Positions 26,407-40,030 of a DNA stretch of 64,000 bases are shown piece by piece. The stretch lies in the NCBI RefSeq assembly GCF_009914755.1, contig NC_060926.1; one strand, given 5' to 3'. The number at the start of each line of letters is the position of its first letter. Position 1 is the stretch's first letter. This DNA comes from the human T2T-CHM13v2.0 reference genome, Homo sapiens. Under the pieces are notes generated by a model that saw only the letters and a program-made list of their open reading frames with translations, searched no databases and was not told the origin of the DNA. The position numbers and the translations under genes were made by a program.

Positions 26407-26690
26407 CGCCAAACAAGTAATTGGCTTATATAGAACACGATGACAAACTGAAATGCTTCTAGAAGTCAGAAAGAAACACTCATGAGTAAAGAAGGCGAGG
26501 TGCACAAAACCGCAAAGCACAAGCCCTAGCTGAAGGTTGTAGTTGCCACAGGAGGCAGGAAACTTTTCTCAAAGAACTGTGGGCCTTCTGACTACGATCA
26601 AGAGAAAACAAAAATTTGGGAGGTTCTGTTACATCTCTCGGTTTATAAATTTCGATAGATAAATATGTGTAGTATTTATATGTTCAGAAT

Positions 26691-26736
26691 ACACACACAC
26701 ACACACAGACACACACACACACATACCCACACACTC
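26691..26736. repeat. Imperfect (CA)n
   Basis: Read directly from the sequence. Confidence 0.9.
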
Positions 26737-27799
26737 ACTTCAGCCCAAATAGCCCAGGGTGCAAGCTCTGATATGGAGAGTGAGTAGAGAGTTCTGGGCT
26801 TACGCATTTCTAAAAAGTGGCAAGACATTCAGCAACTGGTAATGAGACAACATTTTCTTTCCATAAACAACCCAGAAATTTAAATTATTTTCAGGTAGAA
26901 ACTATGCCAATGTCAACAATTTCTAAGGACATTTAGAGAAGACGGGTTGAAGAAAGAAGTTGCATGCTGGAGACCAATTAACAGGTAAAACAAACAAAAA
27001 TTAAAGAAGTATTTAGTAGAACTAACATGACTATGAAATATATATCTGTACTTTCTTCTTTTCTCTGTAAAGATGTCCTTAATATGGTAATGCATGTCAA
27101 AGGGTGGGGAGACGGCAATCACATTCAATATAAGATAAGAGGATTCCATCTTTTCTGCATATAAAGCTTTAGACCTGCATTTTATTTCAAGTTTGGTGAA
27201 CAGCAATCAGTTCCCATTTGTGATTAGTCTCTGTCTTCTCACTAAAGAGGGGGTTGAGACAGTTTTAAAGGTTATTTTACACCAGACAAAAGGAGTACAT
27301 GAAAAATAGAAAGCTTTTCAAATGATCTAAAGTGCACTTGAATCTGCCGCTTTGATATCATTAGCAAATTGTGATTGATTAAGTATCACAGTTAAATCTC
27401 TTATAAACTTTTTTGTAGAAAAGGGGTATAGAAAGTGGATATTCCCAGTATGTGGCATTATTTTCTAAATGTGGAAGTGATTTTTTTTAAGATTGAATAA
27501 TCCTATCTTTTACTCTTGAAATTATAAAGTTAGACAGAATCCTGAGAGCAGTTGTTTTTCAATCAGTGTTTAAGCAGGTGATTGTCTTGGCATTTCCAAC
27601 TGGGGATTCATAATAACAGGCTTAGAATGATGCTTAAGTTTCACTCCATAGACAATGCAGCGTATGATTCAAACATGGTTTCTTTTATTGTTTTTATAAA
27701 TTATACTTTTAATTAAAAGTCTTTATTTGTCATAAGTTTGATTCATCTCAATTAAACAGGTTGAGCAAACTGCTTTCTTTCTAGGGGCAGGAGGACACT

Positions 27800-28171
27800 G
27801 TTTTTCTTTTTTTCTCTTTCTTTTTTCTTTTTTTTTCCTTCCTTTCTTCCTTCTTTCCTTCCTTCCTCCCTTCCTTCCTTCCTTCCAGATAGGGCCCCTC
27901 ACTCTGTTGCCCAGGCTACAGTGTCATGGCTTGATCATAGCTCACTGCAGCCTCTAACTCCTGGCCTCAAGTGATCCTTCCTCCTCGGCCTCATGCGTTG
28001 CTGGGACTATAGGTGTGTGTCACCACGCCTGGCTAATTTTTTATTTTTTGTAGAGAGGGGGTCTCATTATATTGTTGTCTAGGCTGGTCTCAATCTCCTG
28101 GCCTCAAGTGATCATCCTGCCTTGGCCTTCCAAAGTGCTGGAATTACAGGCATGAGCCACCATGCCCAGCT
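27800..28171 (-). mobile_element. AluJ with a (TTCC)n/T-rich tail (27800-27886)
   Basis: Antisense Alu body at 27887-28171; flanks ctgtttttctt/ctgttttttctt. Confidence 0.92.
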
Positions 28172-28689
28172 GTTTTTTCTTTAATATTGAAAAAAATATA
28201 TACCCCAAAGGTCACTAGAGGTCACCAAAATTCTCTTAAATACAGTGATAACAATATACCTATAAAACCAAGATAGCTTGTTGTACAAGATACCCTTTAA
28301 TATATCCCTTTATTTTGACAACTTTCTCAAAGAGGAGAGAATTAAAAGAGACAAAGCAAAGGTCAGCATGTTACAGATTGCCACAGAAATATGAATGTAC
28401 AGATCCTTTTATAAAGTCTGTGAAAGAGGAGGAAGTAGGTTATACTACTTAAAAATGATATATACTACAAAAGGAAGATTCAGACATTGAAACTCAGTTG
28501 TAGCTCTGCCAATTGCTAGTTGTTCACATTGGTATCTCATTCCACTTCTCAGTGACTAAGTTTTCTTCCTTGCCCTATCTTCTTAGCGCCATTTTATTAA
28601 ATAAAAGGCTCAGAATAGGAATTTTCACTATCTTACTTGCTGTTACCCATTCAAAGTTATCTTTAGGGCCATTCAAATATTCTAGTTGT

Positions 28690-29040
28690 TTCTTTATGCA
28701 GGCATTTAGTAGAATCTCACTTGTCCTTGCCTTTTGAGATTGGGCATGAGTACACAATTTGTTCTAGCCCATGAAATTCAGGTGGCAGTGGCATTGGTTA
28801 TTTCTAGGGAAAGCTTTGAGAACCAGTGCATGACGACCATCCCTGCCATCGTGATCATGAAAGATCTGTCAAGATAGAGCTTTTGTAGTATGGGTACCTG
28901 AGTACGTAGGATGAATTTGCATTCTCTACTGATAATGGAAATGTAACAGAAATCAATGAATATACTTTTAATATATAGGTCACTGAGATTTGGGGACTAT
29001 TTGTAAATGCAATATAACATAACCTATCCTAATTTATATA
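28690..29040 (+). mobile_element. Old MaLR LTR (MLT1J-like)
   Basis: ttgttctagcccatgaaatt...gtcactgagatttggggactatttgta...aacctatcctaa. Confidence 0.55.
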
Positions 29041-29797
29041 ACATGTTTTATCCCCAAAATAATTTGCTTCAAAAAATAATACAACCATGTTTCTAGCTTA
29101 TGATATCATAACTAGAACTTTTAGGGGATATTCAAAAAGTAAAAATTTAATTAAAATTATTAACAAAAAAGAATATTTAACCTTAATACAGTAATTGGTA
29201 TATGAAACTAGATAATCATTCCCTGGCTAATTTTTTACATCTATGTTGCTAAATTTCTGGGTTTATGAGTTTCTTTTACCTCCTTTGTCCTGATTACAGA
29301 TGAGGCAATTCCTTCCACTTGAGTTCAATATGATTGTGATGCACCTTCCCAATAGTTATTCAAAAATCTCTATAACTCTAACTCTCCACAGGCCATTCTT
29401 TATTCTTGGAAACCTCCATTAATCTCTTCTTTATGAAATTCTACTCAGCTTGCTTTCAAAAACATTCACACCAACTCTGTGCAGTTCAATAAGGGAAGAG
29501 GATCTTGTTTTGCTTTTCTCATCATCACTACTTTTTCCGTCTTTCCCCCACCCACCCCTTCCTTAGATGCCTTCCTTTGTTACTTCGGAGCATAACTTGG
29601 ATTGCCTAGCAAGGTTGTTTCCCATCCAAGAATTCACTGATATACCCTCTCCCACCTTTCCAATGATTTCTCTGACACTATTACTTCACTCTGTTGACTT
29701 CTCAGTTTTTTTTTTTTCTTCACATTTACAACTCCATCCTGCTGAAAGCCCACTATAACTATCTGTGGAGTAAAGAGTTACAGAATTTCAAAGAGGG

Positions 29798-30154
29798 TGA
29801 TATGCTTTGGCTGTGTCCCCACCCAAATCTCACCTTAAATTGTAATAAACCCCAAATATCAAGGGCAGGGCCAGGTGGAGATAATTGAGTCGTGGGGGCA
29901 GTTTCCCCCACACTGTTCTCATGGTAGTGAGCAAGTCTCACAAGATCTGACGGTTTTGTAAGTGGGAGTTCCACTGCATAAGTTATCTCTTGCTTGCCAC
30001 CGTGTAAGACAGGACTTTCTTCTCCTTTGCCTTCCACCATGATTGTGAGGCCTCCCCAGCCGTGTGGAACTGTGGGTCACTTAAAACTCTTTCCTTTATA
30101 AATTACCCAGTTTTGGGTATGTCTTTATTAACAGCATGAAAACAGACTAATGCA
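29798..30154 (+). mobile_element. THE1 (THE1B/THE1C-like) 5' LTR
   Basis: tgatatgctttggctgtgtccccacccaaatctca...gtgaggcctccccagcc...aacagactaatgca. Confidence 0.95.
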
Positions 30155-31572
30155 GACTAAATTGGTACCAAGGTAGTGGGGTGCTGCAGTAAAGATACCC
30201 AAAAATGTGGCAATATCTTTGGAACTGGGAAACAGGCAGAGGTTGAAACAGTTTAGAGGGCTCAGAAGAAGACAGGAAAATGTTGGAAAGTTTGGAACTT
30301 CCTAGAGACTTGTAGGGCTCAGAAGACAGGAATATGTGGGAAAGTTTGAAACTTCCTAGACTTGTTGAAAGGCTTTGACCAAAATGCTGATAGTAATATG
30401 AATAATAAAGTCCAGGCCGAGGTGGTCTCAGATGGAGATGAGGAATTTTTAGGAAACTGGAGCACAGTTTACTCTTGCTATATGAAGAGACTGGTGGCAT
30501 GTTGCCCCTGCCCTAGAGATCTGTGGAACTTTGACCTTGAGAGAGATTATTTAGTGTATCTGGCAGAAGACATTTCTAAGCAGCAAAAGCATTCAAGAGG
30601 AAGCAGAGCAGAAAACTTTGGAAAATTTGCAGCCTGATAATGCAGTAATACCCGTTTTCTGACAAGAAATTCAAGCCTGCTCCAGAAATTTGTCTAAATA
30701 ACAAGGAGCTAAATGTTAATCACCAAGGCAATGGGAAAATGTCTCCAGGCCATGTCAGACACCTTTGTGGCAGACCCTCCCATCACAGGACCAGATGCCT
30801 AGGAGGAAAAAATGGTTTCGTGGGCTGGACCCAGGGCCCCTCTGCTGTGTGCAGCCAAGGGACTTGGTGCCGTAAGTCCCAGCCACTCTAGCCATGGCTA
30901 AAATGGTCCAAGATACAGCTCAGCTGTGGTTTCAGAGGGTGCAAGCCCCAAATCTTGGCAGCTTCCATGTGGTGTTGGGCTTGTGGGTGCACAGAAGTCA
31001 ATAATCAAGGTTGGGAAACCTCCACCTAGATTTCAGAGGATGTATGGAAATGTCTGGATGTCCAGGCAGAAGTTTGCTGCAGGGGCAGGGCCCTCATGGA
31101 GAACCTCTGTTAGGGCAGTGCAGAAGGGAAATGTGGGGTTGAAACCCCCACACCAAGTCCCCCTGGGGCACTACCTAGTGGAACTGAGAGAAGAAGGCCA
31201 CTGTCCTCCAGACCCCAAAATGGTAGATCCAATGACAGCTTGCACTGTGCACCTAGAAAAGCCACAGACACTCAATGCCAGCCCATGAAAGCAGCTAGGA
31301 GAGGGGCTGTACCCTGCAAAGCCACAGGGGTGGAGCTGCCCAAGACCATGGAAACCCACCTCTTGCATCAGTGCCACCTGGAAGTGAGATATGGAGTCAA
31401 AGGAGATCATTTTGGAAGTTTAAGATTTGACTGCCCCACCGGATTTTTGACTTGCATGGAGACTGTAGCTCCTTTGTTTTGGCCAATTTCTTCCTTTTTG
31501 AATGAGTGTATTTACGCAATGTCTGTACCTGCATTGTATTTAGGAAGTAACTAACTTGTTTTTGATTTTATT
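30155..31572 (+). mobile_element. THE1-int internal region, truncated before the 3' LTR
   Basis: aaattggtacca...gatacccaaaaatgtgg...cagagggtgcaagcccc...ggaagtaactaacttg. The ORFs here are decayed MaLR internal ORF pieces. Confidence 0.93.
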
Positions 31573-31699
31573 ATATCAATTTTGATGAGACATGAGAGTG
31601 GTCTTAATTAGGTAATGACAGGATAGAGAAAAAAAGTAGATGATGTAACAGATTAGGAGGTAAGATGAAAATGATTTGTGGTGGTTTGAAGAGAGATAA

Positions 31700-32445
31700 T
31701 GAAACTGCCTTTCAAAAATTATAGTAGTAAAAGAAATTTGACATAACTGACTCCATCTTGCACCTACCAGGCTAAATTGCTTTTGCTCATTATTGTGTGG
31801 AGGCCATCATAGTCCTTTTCTTGAGCTGATTTCCTCCTTGTTGAAAGATAAAAACTATATTTGTAAAAAGTAGTAAAAGGCCACAAGTTTAGAATCATGG
31901 TAGGGGCCTGAACTTTGCTAAGGAATAGGTATGGTTAAATGATAGCCATCCATTGCCTGCTTAGCTTGTTTAGTGTCCCAGAGTCATGTAACTGAGGTTA
32001 CAAGATGTATAACTCCCCCAACTGCTCCTATAGATAACATCACTATTATGAGACCTAAAGGATTAATCTTTGAGATATTTTTCAGATGTAGCATTTTGAT
32101 AGACTGAGAGATGCCACTTGAACCTGTGTTCCATACTAAGGACTGACTCAACTGGTCCTGCACCCTCAGCTGGGTACGGACTCACCAGCAGCTTTGTCAT
32201 CCTTGTGATTTCATTCCCAGCCAACCCATTGTTTCAGTTCCCCAGCCCCCTCCCCACCAAAGTACACTTTAAAACCCTAGCCTCTGAATTCTCAGAGAGG
32301 CAGATTAGAGAAATATCTCCTGTCTCCTTGCTTGGCTGGCCCTATGACCATTAAACTCTTTTTTTTCTGGTTCACCTCCTGCTGTTCTCAATGTATTGAC
32401 TTTTCTGAGCAGCAAGTGAGAAGAACCTGTAGGGCTGCGGTGGTA
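31700..32445 (+). mobile_element. ERV1 solo LTR (LTR8/LTR26-like)
   Basis: tgaaactgcctttcaaaaattat...ctgactccatcttgc...ctcctatagataacatcactatt...attaaactcttt. Confidence 0.75.
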
Positions 32446-33169
32446 AAGGATGAGGGAAGAGATAAGAATGATACAGAGGTTAGAAGATAGAACGTCTGGG
32501 GATACAGACATTCACTGGAATACGTATAAGAGGAACCAGAAGCAGGCAGCCCAAATTGTGTACAAAGAGATCAGTTTTAGATAAAATGGGTTTAGCAGGA
32601 CTATGGAGTCAGCCTTTAAGTGGAAATGCCCTATACTCAATTGTATAAACTGAATTGAAATCTCTCAAAAGACTGGTCAATTTTACCTTCTCCATTTTGC
32701 TTTCTAAGTATCTTCTTCAACAAAACTGAAATTCTTCTTACTATTTTATTTATGCCCAAGCACATCATGATATTGTTTCAATAACATTAATTAACTACCT
32801 TAAATTGTATTTGTTTTAAATGTTGTAACACTTTCCATGTCAACTTCAAATACTACCACTGATATGATTTCTATTGAAGCTGGTATTTTAATTTACATTT
32901 TACAGATGAGAAAATTGATGCCAAATTGTTAAGTGATGCACTACATTTTATAGTCAGTATACAGAAGATTCTTGAGACATTTCTAATTGCCTGATTTCTA
33001 ATCACCTGTATTTTTCTCAGTTGTGTATTTTTGATAAAGGGTATGGATAACATAATACTTCAAAAATATTACTGGCTCTTTTCTCTACACATTTTCTTGT
33101 CATTAGCAAGTAGTTGTGATATAGGTTTTGAGTAAAAGTAGGTCCATTTTGACTACCAATATTTTAATT

Positions 33170-34530
33170 GGCCATTGTATAAATACCACTAAAATACATA
33201 AATCTTAAATGTCTAGCTTAATAAATCTTACACAGTGAAGTACTCAGAAGCCTCCATCATGTTCATTCTCAGAAACTAAATACCCAAACTTAAACTAATA
33301 TTCTGAATTTTGTTATAGAAACTGTTGTATATTTTGCTTTTTTCAAACAAATGGAATTATACGAACTTTACTTTTTATGGTCTGACTTCTTTTGCTCAAC
33401 ATTTTGTCTAACATGTTGTATGCGACAGTAATTATTTTTGAAAAAAATAGCTCTATGGTATTTCTGTATGTAAATATACTACAGGTTGTTTGCTTATGTT
33501 TCTGTTGATGGGCATTTTGGTTGTTTCCTGTTTTTGTCTGAGATGAACAAAACTGCTATGAATTCTGCTGCATGTATTTCGGTGCATGTATGTGCATATG
33601 TTAACTGGCATGGAATTGCTGGGTTTACAGAATTGTGTGCATGGTCACTTTTAACAGGTAGTACCAAATATTTTTACAAAATGACTGAACTAACTTATAC
33701 TACCAGGTATAGTATATAAAAATTCCAGTTGCAACACACTTCTGCCATCATTTGATATTTCCAACTTTTCTTTTTTTTTCATTTTGGTCATTCTGGTGGG
33801 TGTGTAGTAATCTCATTTTGATTTTAATTTTAATTTCCTTGATGAATAATGAAGTTGGGGAACTTTTCATATGCTTATTGACCATTCTGACAATCTCTTT
33901 TGTAAAGTGTTGTTCAAGTCTTTTGACAATTTTTCAATTGGGTCGTCTGTCTTTTTAATCTCAATTTGTAAGAGTCCTTTATACATTCTAGATAAGAGTC
34001 CATTGTTAAATATATGCATTGCAAATTTCTTCTCCCACTCTGTGGATTGCCTTTTCACTCTTAATATTGTCTTATGATGAACAGAAGTTTTAAATTTTAA
34101 TTTAGTAGAAATTACAAATCTTTGTCTTAATACTTTTTTTGTTCTGCTTGAGAAATTTTTACCTGTCTCAAGTTCATGAAAACCTTTTACTGTTATCTGT
34201 GGTGTATTAACTTTCAAATTTAGATTATGAGTCATCTAGAATTGGTCTTTGACTATGCTGTGAAGTACTGGTCAAAGTTCCTTTTCTTTATATTTGAATA
34301 TAAAATTGATTCAACATTATTTAAGATTCTTTTTCATTAAATTGCAGTACCACCTTTATCATATAATAGCTGACTGTATATTTGTGACTTCTCTTTTGTT
34401 TTGTTAATTTTCTAACCTATTCGTTTCAGTTTCTCTAGATTTATTAAGTCTTCATGTATACTTAATATACATTCTCCAATTTTATTCATTTCCTCATAGT
34501 TGTCTATGCTATTCTTCATCTATTGAACAG
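33170..34530 (-). mobile_element. Old L1M (L1ME/L1MC-like): ORF2 C-terminus and 3' end
   Basis: ORF 33867-34235(-) contains RVKRQSTEWEKKFAMHIFNNGLLSRMYK...DPIEKLSKDLN, matching L1 ORF2 RVNRQPTEWEKIFA. Confidence 0.88.
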
Positions 34531-34999
34531 ATGAATCAGTTCAGAAATAAAACTTTTGAAATTGTGACAAAAAGTAACAATTAGAGGACAACAATTGCTT
34601 TTATTGTATTGGCAGCTAATTCACATTAGCTTATTCTGACCATGTTTTGAAAGATTTAAGGAAATTACCGAAACTAACACAAACAGAACGTTACTGCTAT
34701 CTTGACACTTGTCAAAATATCCAGTTTCTGATTCCTCTTTTTCCTTTATGTAAATAATGTATGGGCTGTTTCCTATTTATGGTATAAAACTGCTTGTGAC
34801 TGAAATACTGTTTTCAATTAAAGTTTTGCATACTCAGCAGCATCAGATCTATTCTTATCTCACCAACCTCTTATTCCCCATATTCCTTTATTTCTACCAT
34901 TCCCACAGCAAACTGTTATAATATGGTTTTTATCAACTTCTGAAAAAAAATAGTCTTTTATATGCTAAAATACATTTTGTGGTACATCTCATCTGGATA

Positions 35000-37140
35000 A
35001 AATGATGTAGACTTACATCACCCTCCTCCTCTCCACTAAGTACAATGACAAACTGGAAATAATGCAGTAGGAGATCAAATGGGGAATGGTGAAAGGTGGA
35101 AAGAAGGAAAACTGGTTAGAGACTCTGGGATTGCAGGAAAAAAAAAAGGGACAGGGTGTCTTGTGACCTACACCCAACAGAAGACGATGACTCAGTCCTG
35201 CATTTCCTGACTATCAACCTAACCACAGAAGGTGGCCTAGGTGGGTGCATTCCTTCTCTGGACTGACCTCAACAACCTCAGGAAAGTAGGTCAGCACAGC
35301 AAGGCCAATTACTCAGGAACCAGGCTGACAGCAAGAGTGTTCCCTTTTCCTTCTCCTACTAGGCCTGAGATTTCCCTTCTCCACTCAGAAACATATATGG
35401 GTACATACAATAGGCTGTCCTTCTCATTAGTTTTATAAGCCGTATTTTAAGATTGATTAAAATATAACACTATCTGATATGCAAGACGATATTTAAAAGT
35501 AGGAAAGGAAAAAGGACATAAATGAAGTTAAGGTTTCTGCAATTCACTGAAAGTGGTAAAATGTTGATATCATTAGACTGTGATAAGCCACATATGTATA
35601 TTATAATAACTAGAGCAACCACTGTGAAAACTAAACAAAGAGATATGCTCAAAATAAATCAAGATGTAAACCTAAAAAATAAAAAATCCAAGTAATCTAT
35701 AGGAAGTCAAGAACAACAAAACAGAGACCCAAGAAATAGAGACAACAAACAGAAAATGGATAATAAAAAGGCAGATTTAAGGTCTAATGTATCAATAAGT
35801 ACAACAAATGTAAATAATCTAAACACACCAATTAAAAGGTAGAGATCAATATAGTTGATAAGAAAATATGACCCAATTATATGGCATTTAAAAGAAAAGT
35901 ATTTCAAATTTAACAATATACGTAGGTTAAAAATAAAAGGATCGAGAAAGACATACCTGTGTAAATGCTACCAAAACAAAAAGCAGGAGTGGTTGTATTA
36001 TTATCAGATAAAGCAGACCTCAGAGCAAAGACAATTACTAGAGATAAAAAGGGGAATTATGAAATAATAAAAGATCAATCTGCCAGGAAAACATAATAAT
36101 GATTTGAAATGTATATGCACCAAAGAAGATACTCTGGATATAGATGAAACAAAATCTGATAAAACTTAAAGGAGAAATAAAGAAACCATCAATTATAATT
36201 AACAATTTAAAACTCCCCCCACCCCCCCAGCAAATGAAAGAATGACTACACAGAAAATCAGCAAGGATATAGATCTAAACAATGCAATTAGCCAACAGGA
36301 TCTCATTGGCATATATACAATAAGCCAACCCATAGCAGTAGAATATACTTTCTTTTTTTAAGCACCCCTGTCCTGGGCCATAAAGCAAGCCTTAACACAT
36401 TTAAAAGAATTAACTCATACAGAGTATGCTCTCTGAACATAATGGATTCAAACAAGAAATCAAAGATACAGAGACAACAGGAACATCTTTAGATACTTGG
36501 CATAATATCCAAAAACTAGAAACAAAACAAAACCCCGATGTCCTTCAGTAGATGAATGATTAAACAAATGGTGATACATTGATACCATGGAATATACTTT
36601 GCAATAAAAAGAAATAAACTATGGATATCACACAAGTAGAGACAAATCTCCAGTGAATTCTGTCGAGTGAAAAGAAGCCAATATCAAGTTTATATACTGT
36701 ATGATTCCATTAATATAACATTTTTGAAATGACAAAATTGTAGAAAGTGGGGACAGGTTAGTGACTATCAGGGTGTGGATGGGGGGAGAGTGGAAGAGGA
36801 GGTGGGTGTTACTATAAAAGAGCCACATGAGAGATAAGAGAAGTGAGGGAACTGTTCAGTATCCTTCCCATGGTAGTGGGTATATAAGCTTACGTATATA
36901 ACCAAATTTTATGAAACTAAACACACACACATATACACAGACACACACATGAGTACAAGTGAAACTGGGAAAAATTGAGTATGATCAGTGCATTGTATCA
37001 GTGTAAACATCCTGCTTGGTGATTTTGTATTATGGTTATGCAAGCTATTACTACTAGGGAAAACTGGGTAAATGGTACTCTGGAATTTTTATTTCTCACA
37101 ACTGCATGCAAATCTACAATTATCTCAATATAAAAAGCTT
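35000..37140 (+). mobile_element. Old L1M (L1MC/L1MD-like), internally deleted
   Basis: Endonuclease relic IRKYDPIIWHLKEKYFKFNNIRRLKIKG (35855-36067) joins near 36500 to 3'-end text (aaaaactagaaac...gatgaatgattaaacaaatgg), ending tcaatataaaaagc. Confidence 0.8.
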
Positions 37141-37588
37141 ACTTAAGTAATACACAATGTACTTTAATGTATTATTTATCCCTTGATATAAACACCGTTA
37201 ATAATATTAGCCGCTTTTGAACATAGTTCAATTTATACATAAAATATTTTAAGGTATAATTTTTCACTGAATTAAACACAAAGGCTTTAAAAGAATTCAC
37301 TAATGAGGAAGTCGAAAAACAACAAATGCTTATGGTCCTTTCGTTTTTCCATATTCAATGATTTTCTCCTGATACCCCTTCTTCCACAATACGTGTTCCT
37401 TTTTTAACATTACGAAAATAAACTTACTTCTCTGAAAAAGCTGTTACTTGCTTTACTGTAATGTAACTTTTAAATGTAATTTCTGTAAGAAATGTTGTCT
37501 TCTTTCTTATTCAAGCCCCACGGACAAGATGGCAAATAATAAGAAGAACCTATTGTAATGAGAGTAATAATAATAGCCTCTAATTATG

Positions 37589-37651
37589 TTTTAAGGTACT
37601 GGTTTGAAATTTATATTTAATTTTAAGGTATTGGTTTGAAATTTATACTTT
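37589..37651. repeat. 32-bp tandem duplication
   Basis: ttttaaggtactggtttgaaatttata / ttttaaggtattggtttgaaatttata. Confidence 0.93.
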
Positions 37652-37743
37652 ATTTCAACATTAAAATATCATTTGATTATAGCTTGGTAATTAGGCAACT
37701 CACCATAAATTTTATAACTTTGGTATATATAAATTTAACAGAT

Positions 37744-37772
37744 ACACACACACACATGCACACACACACACA
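37744..37772. repeat. Imperfect (CA)n
   Basis: Read directly from the sequence. Confidence 0.9.
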
Positions 37773-39706
37773 TTTAGTTAGGTACATTAAAAGTTAGCTT
37801 TCTCTCCATTCTCAAATTTATAAGCAGGAGGCAGAATGGGTCTTTCAGTTTTTGAGAACCAGCAAAAGAGTGTTGTTGTAGCAATATTGAAATTTTGTTT
37901 TAAAATTCTTTGCTAGTAGAATGAAGGTGTAAGAATTGGCAGCTTCAATTCTTGCAGTATGTTATCACCGTACTGTCAGAAGAGCTCATTTATGCCAATT
38001 CTGATGAAACTGGCTGTGTTATAAATCAAGCATGAGCCAGGGGTTTCTTATGTCAACAATGCATTTCAACTCTTACCTTATTACCACATTTTTTGGACTC
38101 TACAGGATAATATCTTTTAAGCTTTTTATTGCTTGCGTGTGAAATCTCAAATAATGTTGCCAAATGCAGCAAAAGTTCAGGGCTGTTTCTTGACATTGGT
38201 TTACTGAATGCTGATCTGTGAAAGTTTGAATGCCTAAATCCTTATCTATCAATGAGATCGATTAAACCTCACCCATTGCCTTGATGAAACCTTTCTTCAT
38301 TGTGTAGATTGTGCTAAAAGATTCACTAAAGTATGTGATGTCGCACAAAAATTGCTTTTTCTCAAATATCCTCTGTAAATTCTGAGTACATGTGAACTAT
38401 TCGGCATGGAATGTGTAATCATTATGCAGTAGAAAAGAAACATTATATCTGAATTTTGCAAGTTATGTTGCCTTTGAAGAAAGCCATCTAAACAGAAGCT
38501 AAATTTAGAGTTAATTTATTGGAAAAATGATAAAGTATATTGACAACACAAGTTTCCACAAGATCCTAGTCTAAATAGAAAACCACACTGAAAATTTCTG
38601 GGGGTAGTAGAAAGGTGAATCATTTTATAAGAATGAGACAGTGTATGACAAGAGAAACATACATCAAAACATGCTTTATTTACCTTCCATTAGAATGTCT
38701 TCCTATGAGAAGGTTAAATACTTCAGGAGAGGGATAGGATTTTTCTCATGTTAACTAATCCAGACAAAAGTGAATAGAGATTTGCTTTCTTCAGCATTTA
38801 TTGATATTAATTGCTTTATTGAACTAGCTGTGGGAACAGGGATTTCCCAATGCCAGCATAAAGGATCATTATTTATAAGCTAACTGATCCCACAAATTCT
38901 ACACTTAGCTCAACATTTCCGTTGGAAATACTGAAAGAATCTTTTTAAAAATGTTATATTTCAGCCTTCATACTGTATGCTAAATTACATAAGCTAAATG
39001 ATAAAACATTTTCCAGGAAAGGGGAATTTTAAAGTCTCACATACTAGGCTTCAAATCAAGCTCTGAAATGCAGCTTATTATTACATTTTTCTTCCATTTA
39101 TTTTTAATTCTTCCCCTTTGGCTCTGTCTTACAGGTGTCCCTAGTTACAACCATCAGTAAAAACAAAACACATGTGTAGGCTATAAATCTGTATTTGTGC
39201 TAATTCATAGGAGAAAAATATCTTCAGTTCCTCCTTCCAATTTCCTTTCCTTTTACCACTTAGAAGCTCTCTATAGTGCTCTGCGCTTACGATTACAGAA
39301 ACCAAACTCTGTCTCACGTGATGGGTTAACAGGAAAGTTTTTGCATGTCATGTCTCGTTGGAACTAAAGAAGTCAAGGTGAAAATCCCCAGGTTAATTTA
39401 GATTTTGAAAGGACTTAGAAAGGGAATCAATCTTTAGTAAAAGGGGGAACTGCCAATTGAGCTTTTTTGTAGGAACTAGTCAAGACCCAAACAAGCTAAT
39501 ATCAGGTATTAGCAGTAACTTTTCACATTGGGAAGTCATTGCCTTGAATGTCCAGTAGTTAATAAGTTTCCCAGGCACTCAAAGGGAGACTCTTATAATT
39601 TTGTTCAGATATTCATATTATAAAGGTGCCAGAGGCAATGCTAAAGCCAAGATAGAATTGGTTATTTGCTTGTAAAGTCTAATTTGAGTGTTTTAGATCA
39701 ATCTAA

Positions 39707-40030
<324 letters not shown>

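Noticed and set aside
30256-30364. ~55-bp tandem duplication in THE1-int
   Set aside because: I recall this duplication in other THE1 internal copies, so it is probably a subfamily feature rather than locus-specific.
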